From Thermodesulfobacteriota bacterium (GTDB lineage: Bacteria; Desulfobacterota_D; UBA1144; Nemesobacterales; UBA2774), in contig OZ244991.1 of the NCBI GenBank assembly GCA_965223335.1, positions 2,560,001 through 2,624,000 on the forward strand: DNA of 64,000 nucleotides. The letters run 5' to 3'. Of the stretch, positions 18,019-28,366 are shown in pieces; position 1 is the first letter of the stretch; each line of letters starts with the position of its first letter. A model generated the notes under the pieces. It saw only the letters and a program-made list of their open reading frames with translations. It had not been told where the DNA came from and did no database searches. Made by a program: the position numbers and the translations under genes.

Positions 18019-19476
18019 ATGAACATAAAATTAGTTCTCCACATAATCGGTACATTTTTGAAATTCTTCGGTCTTTTACTCCTGATGCCGGCGGTCTGCT
18101 CGTTGGCATACAGAGACGGCGACCTGCATATATTCCTTCTAAGCGCCTTTGTAACCAGCGTGTCGGGGTTGCTGCTGGAAATCGTGTTTAAAGATTCGGA
18201 ACCCATTGATTTAATAGAAAGAAAAGAGGCGTTTGTGATCGCTCTATCCTGCTGGCTTGTGGCTTCGGTGTTTGGGGCAATACCCTATCTATTTATACTC
18301 GAGTTTTCCCATCCCATCGATGCGTTTTTCGAGTCAATGTCGGGGTTTACGACCACAGGGGCATCCGTAATCTCAGAGATCGAGAGCCTCCCCCACGGCA
18401 TACTGTTCTATAGGAGTTTTACCCAGTGGCTGGGTGGGATGGGGATTATAGTGCTGGGTATTGCAATACTCCCCAAACTATCGGTCGGGGGCATACAGTT
18501 AATGGGCTCTGAAACCCCCGGGCCCAGCACCGAAAAGCTAACACCCAAAATCGCAGAGACTGCAAAGAAGTTGTGGTTTGTATACATAGCTCTTACAACA
18601 CTGCTGGTGTTACTGCTTTTTCTCTCCGACATGCCCGTGTTCGATTCGATCACCACATCGTTTAGCACACTGTCTACCGGGGGGTTCTCTGTAAAAAACT
18701 CTAGCATAGAGGGCTACCAGAGCGCCGTAATAGAAGCATTTATCACAGTGTTCATGTTCCTGGGCGGAATAAGTTTCCTGCTTCATTATTTTCTTTTGAC
18801 CGGCAATTTCTCAAAAGTACTTAAGAACTCGGAGCTCAAATTCTATGCCTTTTTAACCGTCATGTTTATTGTTGCGGTAAGCCTCGGGCTCTGGTATACA
18901 CGATACCCGGATTTTCTAGATGCCCTTAGATACTCGTCCTTTCAAGTGGTCTCCATCCTTACCACAACTGGGTTTAGCTCAGCGAACTTCGACCTCTGGA
19001 GCGGGTTCTCGATATTTATACTCTTTGCACTTATGTTTATCGGTGCATGTACGGGCTCGACCTCGGGCTCAATCAAGGCGCTTCGGATATTAGTGGTGAT
19101 TAAAAAGATCTTTGCCAGTGAAGTAAACACACTGATCAAACCAAACGCCGTGATTGTGGTTCGAGTCGACGACAAAACAGTGAGCGAGAAAATTATCTCG
19201 AGCGTAACGAGTTTTATTCTCATCTATCTATTTATATTCATGCTCTCTGTGCTGATCATACTAGCTACGGAGAACATCTCATTTATGGGCGCAATCTCGG
19301 CCTGCGCGGCAAGTATTGGTAACATAGGCCCCGGGTTAAGCGAGGTCGGACCCTCACAGAACTACCAGTTCTTCTCAGGTTTCTCTAAATTATGGTTATG
19401 TTTTTTAATGCTTCTAGGACGCCTCGAGCTCTTTACCGTGCTCGTTATTTTCTCACCATTATTTTGGAGAAAGTAA
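18019..19476 (+). CDS. trkH: Trk/Ktr potassium uptake membrane protein
   Basis: FFESMSGFTTTGAS, QWLGGMGIIV, STGGF, TTTGF, GNIGPGL, MLLGRLE. Confidence 0.95.
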   Translation: MNIKLVLHIIGTFLKFFGLLLLMPAVCSLAYRDGDLHIFLLSAFVTSVSGLLLEIVFKDSEPIDLIERKEAFVIALSCWLVASVFGAIPYLFILEFSHPIDAFFESMSGFTTTGASVISEIESLPHGILFYRSFTQWLGGMGIIVLGIAILPKLSVGGIQLMGSETPGPSTEKLTPKIAETAKKLWFVYIALTTLLVLLLFLSDMPVFDSITTSFSTLSTGGFSVKNSSIEGYQSAVIEAFITVFMFLGGISFLLHYFLLTGNFSKVLKNSELKFYAFLTVMFIVAVSLGLWYTRYPDFLDALRYSSFQVVSILTTTGFSSANFDLWSGFSIFILFALMFIGACTGSTSGSIKALRILVVIKKIFASEVNTLIKPNAVIVVRVDDKTVSEKIISSVTSFILIYLFIFMLSVLIILATENISFMGAISACAASIGNIGPGLSEVGPSQNYQFFSGFSKLWLCFLMLLGRLELFTVLVIFSPLFWRK

Positions 19477-19635
19477 CGGCAGTAGGTTGGCTGTACCACA
19501 CCGATAATTAATATAGGTGTATACTCCAAATCATCCGATTGAGGCCCGTCATAGGCTCTACATTATATTGAGTCTTTGTAGTCTAGTCACGCTATTATCC
19601 GCAATATTGTTGGACAGATTTAGAGATAACCTTTC

Positions 19636-20067
19636 TCAGCTCTCAGTCATAGACCATATAAGGGCTAGAACCTCTGTAACATTTACAGGAGACCCGCTTC
19701 CGATATCTGCTGTGTGAACATCTATTGTCTCGCCAAAAATGTTGTAAATCGGCCTCTCCGCTGTACCCTGAAGACTATGCCTTAAGAGATCTATTGGACG
19801 TTCAGCATCGCCATAATCCTGGTGCCAAGAATTGAATACCACCATATCATTGGTTGTTTTGTGTTTTACAATTGCACGTGCTTTGTACTTTCCTTCACTT
19901 GCCACCCACTCGATTGTTGAAAATGGCCATAGTTCATACTGTGTTACCCCGGGCTGGAAATTATAGTTCTTTTTTTCCCCCAGAGTGCCCATAACTTTTA
20001 ACGCTGATAAATCAAGCTTGCTTATGTCTCCTACCCCTTTTTTTCTAATTACGCGTTTTTTAGCCAT
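19636..20067 (-). CDS. Hypothetical protein
   Basis: 143-aa ORF with AGGAG RBS; basic N-terminus; no family recognised. Confidence 0.65.
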   Translation of the reverse strand: MAKKRVIRKKGVGDISKLDLSALKVMGTLGEKKNYNFQPGVTQYELWPFSTIEWVASEGKYKARAIVKHKTTNDMVVFNSWHQDYGDAERPIDLLRHSLQGTAERPIYNIFGETIDVHTADIGSGSPVNVTEVLALIWSMTES

Positions 20068-20640
20068 TTGCCCTCTCCTTAATAGATTGAGATATATTAT
20101 TCTTTACATTTAGCACTACATAAATATCTCTTGATTAACCTGGAATAGTCTTCCGTTTGCAGTATTCAATATGACAAAAACGAACCATCGATCATGCATA
20201 AGGTTCCCATACATGTTGATTAGCAAAACACTTCAAGAAATAAATAATGCGCAAAAATGTGAAGATGAATATGCAGGAGCGTATTAGAAGTGACAGGATT
20301 TTTAACCAGCAGCAATGAGCAAAGTGTTTGTAGTTCTGTTATCAAATATCACATTTAGTTAAACTGTTTGTCTCTTAATTAAGATATATTGTAATATCTT
20401 ATCACATGCTGTGTCAAGCAATATTAAACAACACCAACACATAAATAATTCCGTCCATTCTCTACACCGCAACTAAGAAATACGGTTTACTAATACATGA
20501 GGATTGATATTCTATACGACCTTAACCCGCTCGGTATTACAGATGATGTGTCAACCAACACAATCATTCGTAAATGATTGGATGATCTCAATCAATGAGG
20601 TAATAGCATCATGTTCCATAACTCCACTAAGAACGTCAAA

Positions 20641-20721
20641 TCAATTCCCCGTCCAGAGCTGTTTCAGCCTGTCATACTGTGCCCTCGGCATCCTCTCGTC
20701 CGGAACAAACACCGCCGGGAA
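20641..20721 (-). pseudogene. Orphan duplicate of the last 27 codons of the glycoside hydrolase gene at 25345-26814
   Basis: 70/81 nt identical to 25345-25425 by hand alignment; encodes FPAVFVPDERMPRAQYDRLKQLWTGN* vs FPAVFVPDERVPRAQFQRLKQLWTGN*. Confidence 0.9.
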
Positions 20722-20781
20722 TATTATCACAGTTACCTACACACACTTAAAACTAGCTTGTCGGAACTAAACTGACAAGGT

Positions 20782-22347
20782 TTATTTAGCCCTGATGGGT
20801 TTACCGGGATAAACATCCTTCAGCACTTTAGAATCTTTAACAACTACTGTGCCGTTTACTAATACATACGGTATCCCCGTTGCCGGCATTGCCCCTTGTT
20901 TCATCGTAGAGTTATCAGTAACAGTTATCGGGTCAAAGATTACTATATCCGCATCTGCCCCTTCTTGTATCCGCCCCTTCTGAGCCATCTGCTCTACACC
21001 GTTTTCCTCTAGAAATTTAGCCGGGAGGTATGACATCTTCGCTATAGCTGTCATAAGCGGCATAAGGTCTTTTTCCCGAACCATTCGTAATACGATCGAA
21101 TGCGTTCCTGCGGCACGAGGATGGCCCTGTACATCTTCATAAGCAAGGTCCCAATCGACTGCCATAGCGCCAGTCTTGCTCACTGTCATTGGGAATGCAT
21201 CACTGCCGACAGTAGTTCCCGGATGTGCCAATGAGGACAGCATATCATCTTCAGTTGCTCCATAGAACATTACTGATGTACCTGGATTGCTCTTAACCAA
21301 CTCATCATAGCGCTCCTTGGTTAGCGGCTTTAATGTAGCCGTCTCGATTATATCTTTGTATGTACGCCCCATATTAGGGCCATAATTATCAGGCTTTAGA
21401 TAATCAGCACCTACAATAGTTGCCCCGAAGTTATACGGATAAATTTCGGCTACTATCGACATCCCTTTATCACGAGCGTCATCAACAATGTTAAGCGCAT
21501 CCTGTGAGTCACCAAGTGCCTGCTGATGCATGTGCTGAAGCATTAACCCTCCGCCGTACAACGCGGAATTTGCCATAAGTTCTTCAAAACCGAGGATTCC
21601 GGTTGTAGGTGGTTTTTGGCTGGAAAAACGGCCGTGCAAAAATACAGCTCTCCCATATTTAGCGGCAAGCTTTTGCCAACCCGTGATTTCCTTAGATGTA
21701 ACACCGCTAATCATGTAACCCACAGGCACGCCCACACCCAATGCACCCTGTTCCAGCCCCTCTTTTACCATCTCGTCAATTTTTTTGATCTGCTCCTCGT
21801 CAGGTACGGTTGCCGACCATTCCATGTCGACAAAGGAACTCTCGTCCTTGGCAAAAATATCGGTTGTCACAATCCCAGTTTTCGAATTGTATTTCGGGTT
21901 GAACACCTTTTCACGAATACCGAGTGTAGACACTGCCGCCCCGTAATTGGTTTGCGACTTACCCTCCATATAATCATAGAAACGGTCGACCGGATACGCC
22001 CCCACTTCCAAGTCGAGCGGAGTTGTAACCCCGTCCCGGAGCATTAATTTCTGGCCGAAAGGCTGATCAATTATATGTACATGAGTATCAATGAACCCCG
22101 GTGCCACAACATGCTCATCCGCATCAATAGTCTCTTTACCCTCAAGAGTCTTCTCTGTGATCTTTGCTATCTTGCCGTCCTTTATACCGACATTCCTCAC
22201 TGCATCGAGGTTCGTCTCCGGGTCCATAACTCGGCCATTTAATATGACCATATCGTATACCTCTGCCACAGAATTCACTGCACTAATCCCCGCTAGGGCT
22301 AAAGCAGTAAACATAAAGATTGAAAGCAAGGATATAAATTTTCTCAT
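20782..22347 (-). CDS. Secreted amidohydrolase (N-acyl-D-amino-acid deacylase-like)
   Basis: VAPGFIDTHVH, GSDA, HPRAAG, KGRIQEGADADIVIFDP; signal peptide. Confidence 0.88.
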   Translation of the reverse strand: MRKFISLLSIFMFTALALAGISAVNSVAEVYDMVILNGRVMDPETNLDAVRNVGIKDGKIAKITEKTLEGKETIDADEHVVAPGFIDTHVHIIDQPFGQKLMLRDGVTTPLDLEVGAYPVDRFYDYMEGKSQTNYGAAVSTLGIREKVFNPKYNSKTGIVTTDIFAKDESSFVDMEWSATVPDEEQIKKIDEMVKEGLEQGALGVGVPVGYMISGVTSKEITGWQKLAAKYGRAVFLHGRFSSQKPPTTGILGFEELMANSALYGGGLMLQHMHQQALGDSQDALNIVDDARDKGMSIVAEIYPYNFGATIVGADYLKPDNYGPNMGRTYKDIIETATLKPLTKERYDELVKSNPGTSVMFYGATEDDMLSSLAHPGTTVGSDAFPMTVSKTGAMAVDWDLAYEDVQGHPRAAGTHSIVLRMVREKDLMPLMTAIAKMSYLPAKFLEENGVEQMAQKGRIQEGADADIVIFDPITVTDNSTMKQGAMPATGIPYVLVNGTVVVKDSKVLKDVYPGKPIRAK

Positions 22348-22397
22348 ACTAACCCCCTCCTAACGATTTAATGTTCATTTTAGAGCTCGTAACCTTG

Positions 22398-23684
22398 TCA
22401 CAGATTTATGCGCCCTCTAAGGCCAAACACAGCAATAACATCCTCGTCCGGGTTTAATGCCGGATCAACCACAAGCTGTATATCGGGTGTAATAATAAGA
22501 TTCTGCAGCACCTGGATACGATAAAAAAGCTCAGCCGTATATTGATCTTTAAGTCCCTCGCCAAAGTTATTCCGAGACGGCTCACCCCAGCTAAGACCCA
22601 ATGCAATCAATCCGTTTTTTTGTTGTGTATAATATCCAAGCCCCACACTAACATCCTTATCCCACAAAGCCCCACCGTCATCCGCATAGCCCGCTCTCAC
22701 AAATGGCTCCCATCTATCATAAAACAACTTATTGAATGAAACAGCTACTCCCCAGCCGCTTGGCACCCCGAGCTTTTTACGCTTATCTGCATGCCAGACT
22801 GTGATGTGAATATTGTCGTTAAATCTATTTTCTAGCGAGCTTATCCACCCGATCTCAATATTCGAGAAATACTCGTGTTCATCAAAAAATGTATTTACAC
22901 TTTCCCACGGATCGGTTGGGTCGCCATTTGTATCTGCAATACCTGCTAATACATATATATGGTTTGTAACCATAACGACTGCGGCCACACCAAGCCCCTG
23001 ACTGGGCAGAGGTATAGTCAGGTTATTCTGAAACGCAGCGTTGTTAAATCCCGTCCATGGATCGACCATACTATAAACATCCACATAGTCAGTTGTATCT
23101 ACAATTCCGACAACAAATCCGACTCGTTCATTAAATAATATTTGTTCCCAAAAAAAATTTGTCAGCTCCCACCCGGAATCACTAAAGGTAGTAGATGTGA
23201 GCCCGGCATATCCAATCTCTGACCCTAGTGCTACCGGTGCTATGTCAGTGCCTAACCTGTGTCGATTCTCAACCTTGTATACAAAACTACCTCGATTCCC
23301 GGATTTTCTTCCCAACAGCTCCCACTTGCCAAAGAAACGAACCACCCCGCTTGCAGCGTTTTTGTCACCCAGGCTCTCGGTGGCAGACTGACCAAGAGCA
23401 TGGTAGTCAAATGAGAATGCCAGTCCGTATTTATTCCTGATCCCTGTTTTGAACTTATAATACGGAGTCCGTATACCCCTAAATGGATCTGCCTTTATCA
23501 AAGAGGGTTTCTCGGTATCGTCGCGCTTTAGAGTTGCACCCACGCTATTTGGCCCGGCAAACTGCGAAGAAGCATTATCCCTCAACTGTACTTCGTTGTT
23601 TTGTTCTGCAAACACAGGAAACACACCCATTACAAATACCAATATAAAAAGCATGAATTTCATAGCATTGCTGTATAAGCCCAT
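22398..23684 (-). CDS. OprB-like carbohydrate-selective porin
   Basis: Signal peptide; YKVENRH; QYTAELFYRIQV..ITPDIQLVVDPALNP; C-terminal beta strand. Confidence 0.85.
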   Translation of the reverse strand: MGLYSNAMKFMLFILVFVMGVFPVFAEQNNEVQLRDNASSQFAGPNSVGATLKRDDTEKPSLIKADPFRGIRTPYYKFKTGIRNKYGLAFSFDYHALGQSATESLGDKNAASGVVRFFGKWELLGRKSGNRGSFVYKVENRHRLGTDIAPVALGSEIGYAGLTSTTFSDSGWELTNFFWEQILFNERVGFVVGIVDTTDYVDVYSMVDPWTGFNNAAFQNNLTIPLPSQGLGVAAVVMVTNHIYVLAGIADTNGDPTDPWESVNTFFDEHEYFSNIEIGWISSLENRFNDNIHITVWHADKRKKLGVPSGWGVAVSFNKLFYDRWEPFVRAGYADDGGALWDKDVSVGLGYYTQQKNGLIALGLSWGEPSRNNFGEGLKDQYTAELFYRIQVLQNLIITPDIQLVVDPALNPDEDVIAVFGLRGRINL

Positions 23685-23749
23685 TTGTCACGATACCCCA
23701 ATCGGCGTGTATCTATTCTGCGATTATCAGACCAGCTCTAATAGCAGTG

Positions 23750-25171
23750 TTAGTTAACTCTTTTTATTGCAGATGGTGTCCAAGTGCCATCTTCTACCTC
23801 GGGCTTCGGTGCATAGATCCGCAGAGTCAGGTTCCATTCACCCTCTTTGGGTGTAGGCAGCCAGTTGGCCTCTTTATCAGCACCCGGAGACTCCGTTTGC
23901 AAGTACATATCCAGTGAACCGTCGTAGTTATACACAAGCGGCATCCAGCTAGAAAGGTTGGCTCTATTGAGTGGGTTAGGTACAGGAAATCCTTCATTGT
24001 CATATAGTGTAATAGACCAGAATGCATCTGCAGGAGGCAGTTCGTCCTTTTCAAAATGAAGCACATAGCTATTGTCACCGGTCATAGGATTGCCATCCGC
24101 ATCAGTTAAAAGTTGCGGATAGATAGCGTCTGACAACTGGTTAGCCCCAAGACCGAACAATGCCACAGCTGCACGTTGCAGATAATCAATTCCGTAAACA
24201 CCCATTGTGCTTACAAGCATTTGCCAGCCGTTTCGCATTGTCCCAAGCTTTTTAACATGTTCCTGCATGAGCTTTAAACCAGTGGACGGTGCATTGTTAA
24301 GGGCTCTTTGAATCTCGGGGTCTAGTTTGCTGAACTCTAGGTCTTTGCCCGGAACAATACCAAGTTGGTTTAGACGTGCAATCTGGCTGAAGTCAGTAGC
24401 CTTTGGCGGGTGAAGCTTCATAAGCTTGGCAGCGTATTCAAAAAACTCCTTGCCCGTCATGCTATTAACCTGTTCCATGGGTGGGGTTTTCATGTCGACC
24501 GAAGAATCTACATTGCCCCCGCGGGCATTCCAGTCCTTGCCCCATTCGGAAAGTGGCGTGATTTTTAGACCGTCCTGAAATTGGTGAACTGCATCGTAGT
24601 CTTTTTCACCATCTGTCTTTGTACGTCCGACGAACCAAATGTATGGAGTTGGCGCATCGACACGTGTAACCCCTTGGGGCAAATCTCCTTCCCACTCTGG
24701 CGCTACATATGCATAATTACCCTCTTTTGTTCCCGTAGTTCGCCAACCCGGAACAGCAAACACATCGGTCCACATATCCAGCGCAGGCATTAAATAATAT
24801 CTCCCGTCACTATCCGGTATCGTAAGTATCATGGGCCCACCGCTTAGGTCCATCCATAAAGACGAATATAATGTATCGAAATTCGGCCGGACCACAGTCT
24901 TAAAATCAAGTGGGGGGAAAGTGCGGAAATGGCCAAAATTATTCATAGGAGCTGAAAAGCCGTTACCATTCCACTTATTTACATTAGTTGTTTGCCTGCG
25001 GGTTATATCCATTAAAACAAGTGGATATAAATAAATATATGCCTCCTGGGCAATAACCTGAGGCTTCAGAGGATTGGCAGCCTCTGCATACAAATAGATC
25101 CCTGACAACCCCTGAACGACGACCAACACCAGTGCTAAAAACAATAACCGTAGTATATTCATTTCTGCCAC
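23750..25171 (-). CDS. DUF1254/DUF1214 domain periplasmic protein
   Basis: AYIYLYPLV, VVRPNFDTLYSS.W.DL, FWSITLYD, NWLPTP, LRIYAPK. Confidence 0.92.
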   Translation of the reverse strand: MAEMNILRLLFLALVLVVVQGLSGIYLYAEAANPLKPQVIAQEAYIYLYPLVLMDITRRQTTNVNKWNGNGFSAPMNNFGHFRTFPPLDFKTVVRPNFDTLYSSLWMDLSGGPMILTIPDSDGRYYLMPALDMWTDVFAVPGWRTTGTKEGNYAYVAPEWEGDLPQGVTRVDAPTPYIWFVGRTKTDGEKDYDAVHQFQDGLKITPLSEWGKDWNARGGNVDSSVDMKTPPMEQVNSMTGKEFFEYAAKLMKLHPPKATDFSQIARLNQLGIVPGKDLEFSKLDPEIQRALNNAPSTGLKLMQEHVKKLGTMRNGWQMLVSTMGVYGIDYLQRAAVALFGLGANQLSDAIYPQLLTDADGNPMTGDNSYVLHFEKDELPPADAFWSITLYDNEGFPVPNPLNRANLSSWMPLVYNYDGSLDMYLQTESPGADKEANWLPTPKEGEWNLTLRIYAPKPEVEDGTWTPSAIKRVN

Positions 25172-25344
25172 TCCCCCTCGCTAATTGAATTAGCAATAAA
25201 TATACTTCGATAACAAACTACTCTATGATATATGAATATATCAAAAATTCGTTAGATTTGCCAGCAATAGATATTAAAACACCGGATCCTATTCGTATTA
25301 TTGTATACTGACTGACTGACCTACACACTAGACCTAACGCTTAT

Positions 25345-26814
25345 CTAATTCCCCGTCCATAGCTGTTTAAGCCTCTGGAACTGTGCCCTCGGCACCCTCT
25401 CGTCGGGAACAAACACTGCCGGGAACGTGCCGGGTGTGGCCCTTTTCAGAATGATGGAGTTTATACCGAATGCCTCTTCATCCCAGCAACCGCCTGGGAA
25501 ATTAGTATTTATCCCTGGGGACTGGTTTTGAACATTCTTGTTGCCCGACTTCCAGTACTCATCCACCCATGAAAAAACTATCCCACCTGCAGCCACGTCT
25601 AAATTAGCCTCTATATCCTTCCAGTGCCCTTCAAGGTAATCCGCAACGGATTCTTGTTGAGAGGACGATAAAGTCTTGAAGGAACCATCGGGACAATATT
25701 TATTGTCAGCTATTGTCTTAAAGCTGGCGTCTCCTGGCGCTACAGGTACTCCTAGAGCAGACTCGATCTCGGTCCTAGTACTTGAGGGAGGGCCGAACTC
25801 TGTAACAATGAGCGGCTTGTTGCTAACTGCATGAAACGAGTTAAAGAGGGTGTCGAAATTATTCTGCCCTTGGGTTGTATTACCCCTATAAGAGTTAATA
25901 CCCCAAATATCAATATTTGAGACCGGAAAATTATTCTTTGAGACTTCCTGCAGAGTAACCATAGTGTCATCTATAAGAGCTACCATAGTCTCTTTTTCAG
26001 GTGCAATGGTTTTAAGCTCTCCTGCAAGATCATTTAGGTAGGTCCAAAACCTCGGATTGACTCTGCTCTGGGGGCTATTTTTTTCGTTCGTAAGAACCCA
26101 CCCGAACACCGCCGGATGGTTCTTATATTTCTCGGCAAGTGCAAGGTACGCTACTCTGTCCGACTCCCTCCTTTGAGCAGCAGTCTGCTGCCCCAGCCAA
26201 AGGAACCCTGGTTGCAGGCTCTCTTCATCCTCGACCCAAACTTGCTCAGCACTATCGGGCCCCGTGGGCAACACTACAAAGAACGACCCGTCCGTAGGCG
26301 GCTCCGGCACAATCTTGTACCTAAACGCCTCGTCTCCAATGGGGTATGTAATAAACACACATATTCCCGCTTCAAACGCCATATCTAAAAATTTTGTGTG
26401 GTCCCTCTCAGCCACAGGATTATTCGGGTTGGAAGGCCCGTTCTGCGGGTGCCACGGGAACATTCCATAAATACGGATTGTGTTTACACCCATCTCTTTC
26501 ATGAGTTGAAAATCAACCTCGTGTACTGGGTTAAAATAATCAAAAAACACGTCCCCTATCTTGTCATCATCATCAAAGGTGGCACCGATAGGTATAGGGG
26601 AATAATTCACTCCTCTTACAGTAAAAGGCTGGCCGTTTAAGAGTAGTCCCCTGCCCGCAACTGTAATTTCCAAAGCCCCTTCCAAATCATGTATATCCGT
26701 AACTGTTTCCGTGCCTGAATCACTGCTGTCGCATGCAGTAAATAAAGCTCCTACCGTAAATACCAAAGCTAATGCAAATAGAATATTTGTCCTCATCATA
26801 CTTTCCTCCCGCAT
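25345..26814 (-). CDS. Clan GH-A TIM-barrel glycoside hydrolase (GH2-like), lipoprotein
   Basis: Lipobox FTAC; VRGVNYSP, GVNTIRIY, NE acid/base (LTNEKN), VTEFG nucleophile, FSWVDEYWK. Confidence 0.85.
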   Translation of the reverse strand: MREESMMRTNILFALALVFTVGALFTACDSSDSGTETVTDIHDLEGALEITVAGRGLLLNGQPFTVRGVNYSPIPIGATFDDDDKIGDVFFDYFNPVHEVDFQLMKEMGVNTIRIYGMFPWHPQNGPSNPNNPVAERDHTKFLDMAFEAGICVFITYPIGDEAFRYKIVPEPPTDGSFFVVLPTGPDSAEQVWVEDEESLQPGFLWLGQQTAAQRRESDRVAYLALAEKYKNHPAVFGWVLTNEKNSPQSRVNPRFWTYLNDLAGELKTIAPEKETMVALIDDTMVTLQEVSKNNFPVSNIDIWGINSYRGNTTQGQNNFDTLFNSFHAVSNKPLIVTEFGPPSSTRTEIESALGVPVAPGDASFKTIADNKYCPDGSFKTLSSSQQESVADYLEGHWKDIEANLDVAAGGIVFSWVDEYWKSGNKNVQNQSPGINTNFPGGCWDEEAFGINSIILKRATPGTFPAVFVPDERVPRAQFQRLKQLWTGN

Positions 26815-26897
26815 TTGTTTTGCACCTAAAAGTGTACCACTGCTTTAATATACAGTGTGGTTTTTGTGCCACTCACAGCTAACTCACCGCAATTACA

Positions 26898-28172
26898 TCA
26901 AGGACTACACGTCACTCTATCACCGTCTATCTCACAACCTATAAGCTCTTCGCCCTCCACATCAAGAATGTTCATCTCCCACCTCTCCCCCTTCTGCTCC
27001 ATAAGCACAAACCCAAATTTATTATTAAGAACTATTGCTTCGTCCACCTTCTCTCCCCCGACCTCAACCCCCTTTAGTGGCCGAGTCACCGGGGGATCCA
27101 ACTCAGTCCCGCTCATGCCGATCACAAACTGAGGCTGGCGACCTCCCTCAAAAGTAAGCAGTTCAAACAGGTGTATATGAGCTGACAATACTATGCTTAT
27201 ACCCCCTCCCAGCGCATTCCCGCTCGAAGCCTGTAGGGTGTCGTTTATCATAAAGAGCCCACCCGAGTCCTCTCCTATGCCCCACATCGGATGATGAGTA
27301 ACCAGCCAGGCATTATTACCCGACTCGTTTTCCAAAGCCGCTATCTGCGATGAATAGACCTCTACCATATCTTTTGGCGCACTGTTGTCTTTCGCAGTCG
27401 ACGAGTCTAGCATCAACAACTTCACCGGACCGATATCTATCGCATAAGGAGGTGTAAAATCCTGACAGTTCTGGATAGGAGGGTTCGGGTCAAGGAACCT
27501 AAACCACCCCTTTCCCGAGCGGCTGCACTGTTCGTGGTTCCCTCTCGCGAATACCCACGGGGCTTGGCGAAGTAGCGCGTCTGCGGGCCCGAAAAAGTCA
27601 GCATCCCAAGTGGTGTAGTTATCCCCAAACGGCGACCCCTCACATCCCTTATCCTCCTTTGGGCACGGGTCTTCCCTATACAGATAGTCCCCTACATGTA
27701 CTACAAGGTCAGGTCCAAATGATGCTGCCCTCTCTGCTATCCTCTCAAACGGCCATGCCTGGGGATCGTTACACGACTGCGGCACGTCACCGGTTTCTAG
27801 CCGACAACCCGTGTCGGCAATTACCACCAATCTCTTGGGATTCTCTACAGGGAGCTTAAGTGCCCTCCCCTCTACCGATGCGCTTTCGGCACCCTTGGGA
27901 ATTAATATTTCACAAACCAGCACTGGAAAATCATTATCGGGCAAATGCCGCACCTCCATCTGCACCCCTACTCCATTTAGCCTAATTACCGGGCAGTTAT
28001 TCTTTTGAGTAATTACCCGAGCAAAACTCGCTCCATTCGGCCCCATCTGCACCCAGGACGATATAATCCCCAAGCTCTTAGTGCTGCTGCATGTGATGAG
28101 CCCAAGCACTGAGACTATACATAGAACTATAGACAACAATCTATAGAGATTCACAAGGTTGATTATAAACAA
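26898..28172 (-). CDS. Calcineurin-like metallophosphoesterase, probably lipoprotein (start uncertain)
   Basis: ADTGC, HVGDYLY, GNHE, THHP, SAHIH motifs. Confidence 0.88.
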   Translation of the reverse strand: MFIINLVNLYRLLSIVLCIVSVLGLITCSSTKSLGIISSWVQMGPNGASFARVITQKNNCPVIRLNGVGVQMEVRHLPDNDFPVLVCEILIPKGAESASVEGRALKLPVENPKRLVVIADTGCRLETGDVPQSCNDPQAWPFERIAERAASFGPDLVVHVGDYLYREDPCPKEDKGCEGSPFGDNYTTWDADFFGPADALLRQAPWVFARGNHEQCSRSGKGWFRFLDPNPPIQNCQDFTPPYAIDIGPVKLLMLDSSTAKDNSAPKDMVEVYSSQIAALENESGNNAWLVTHHPMWGIGEDSGGLFMINDTLQASSGNALGGGISIVLSAHIHLFELLTFEGGRQPQFVIGMSGTELDPPVTRPLKGVEVGGEKVDEAIVLNNKFGFVLMEQKGERWEMNILDVEGEELIGCEIDGDRVTCSP

Positions 28173-28366
28173 AAAAGAGCGGATATCATATAGCCTGTGT
28201 TAGTTAATTAGATACATCGATCGAGGAAAATAAAAAAGCAAAACACTGCAAAGAAATGGACTGATATATGGAACTAAAAAGTATAAATATAGGCTAGCCC
28301 TCATAGGACCTATTACGAGTCTGCAGAAGCGGTAGTTAGAGAATTGTTTTTAACAGCGGCTAATGC

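Noticed and set aside
17946..18191. 81-aa alternative ORF overlapping the trkH start
   Set aside because: Out of frame within trkH, GTG start with no SD, no recognisable features
20504..20770. 88-aa plus-strand ORF
   Set aside because: Antisense to the duplicated glycoside hydrolase tail; TTG start; likely spurious
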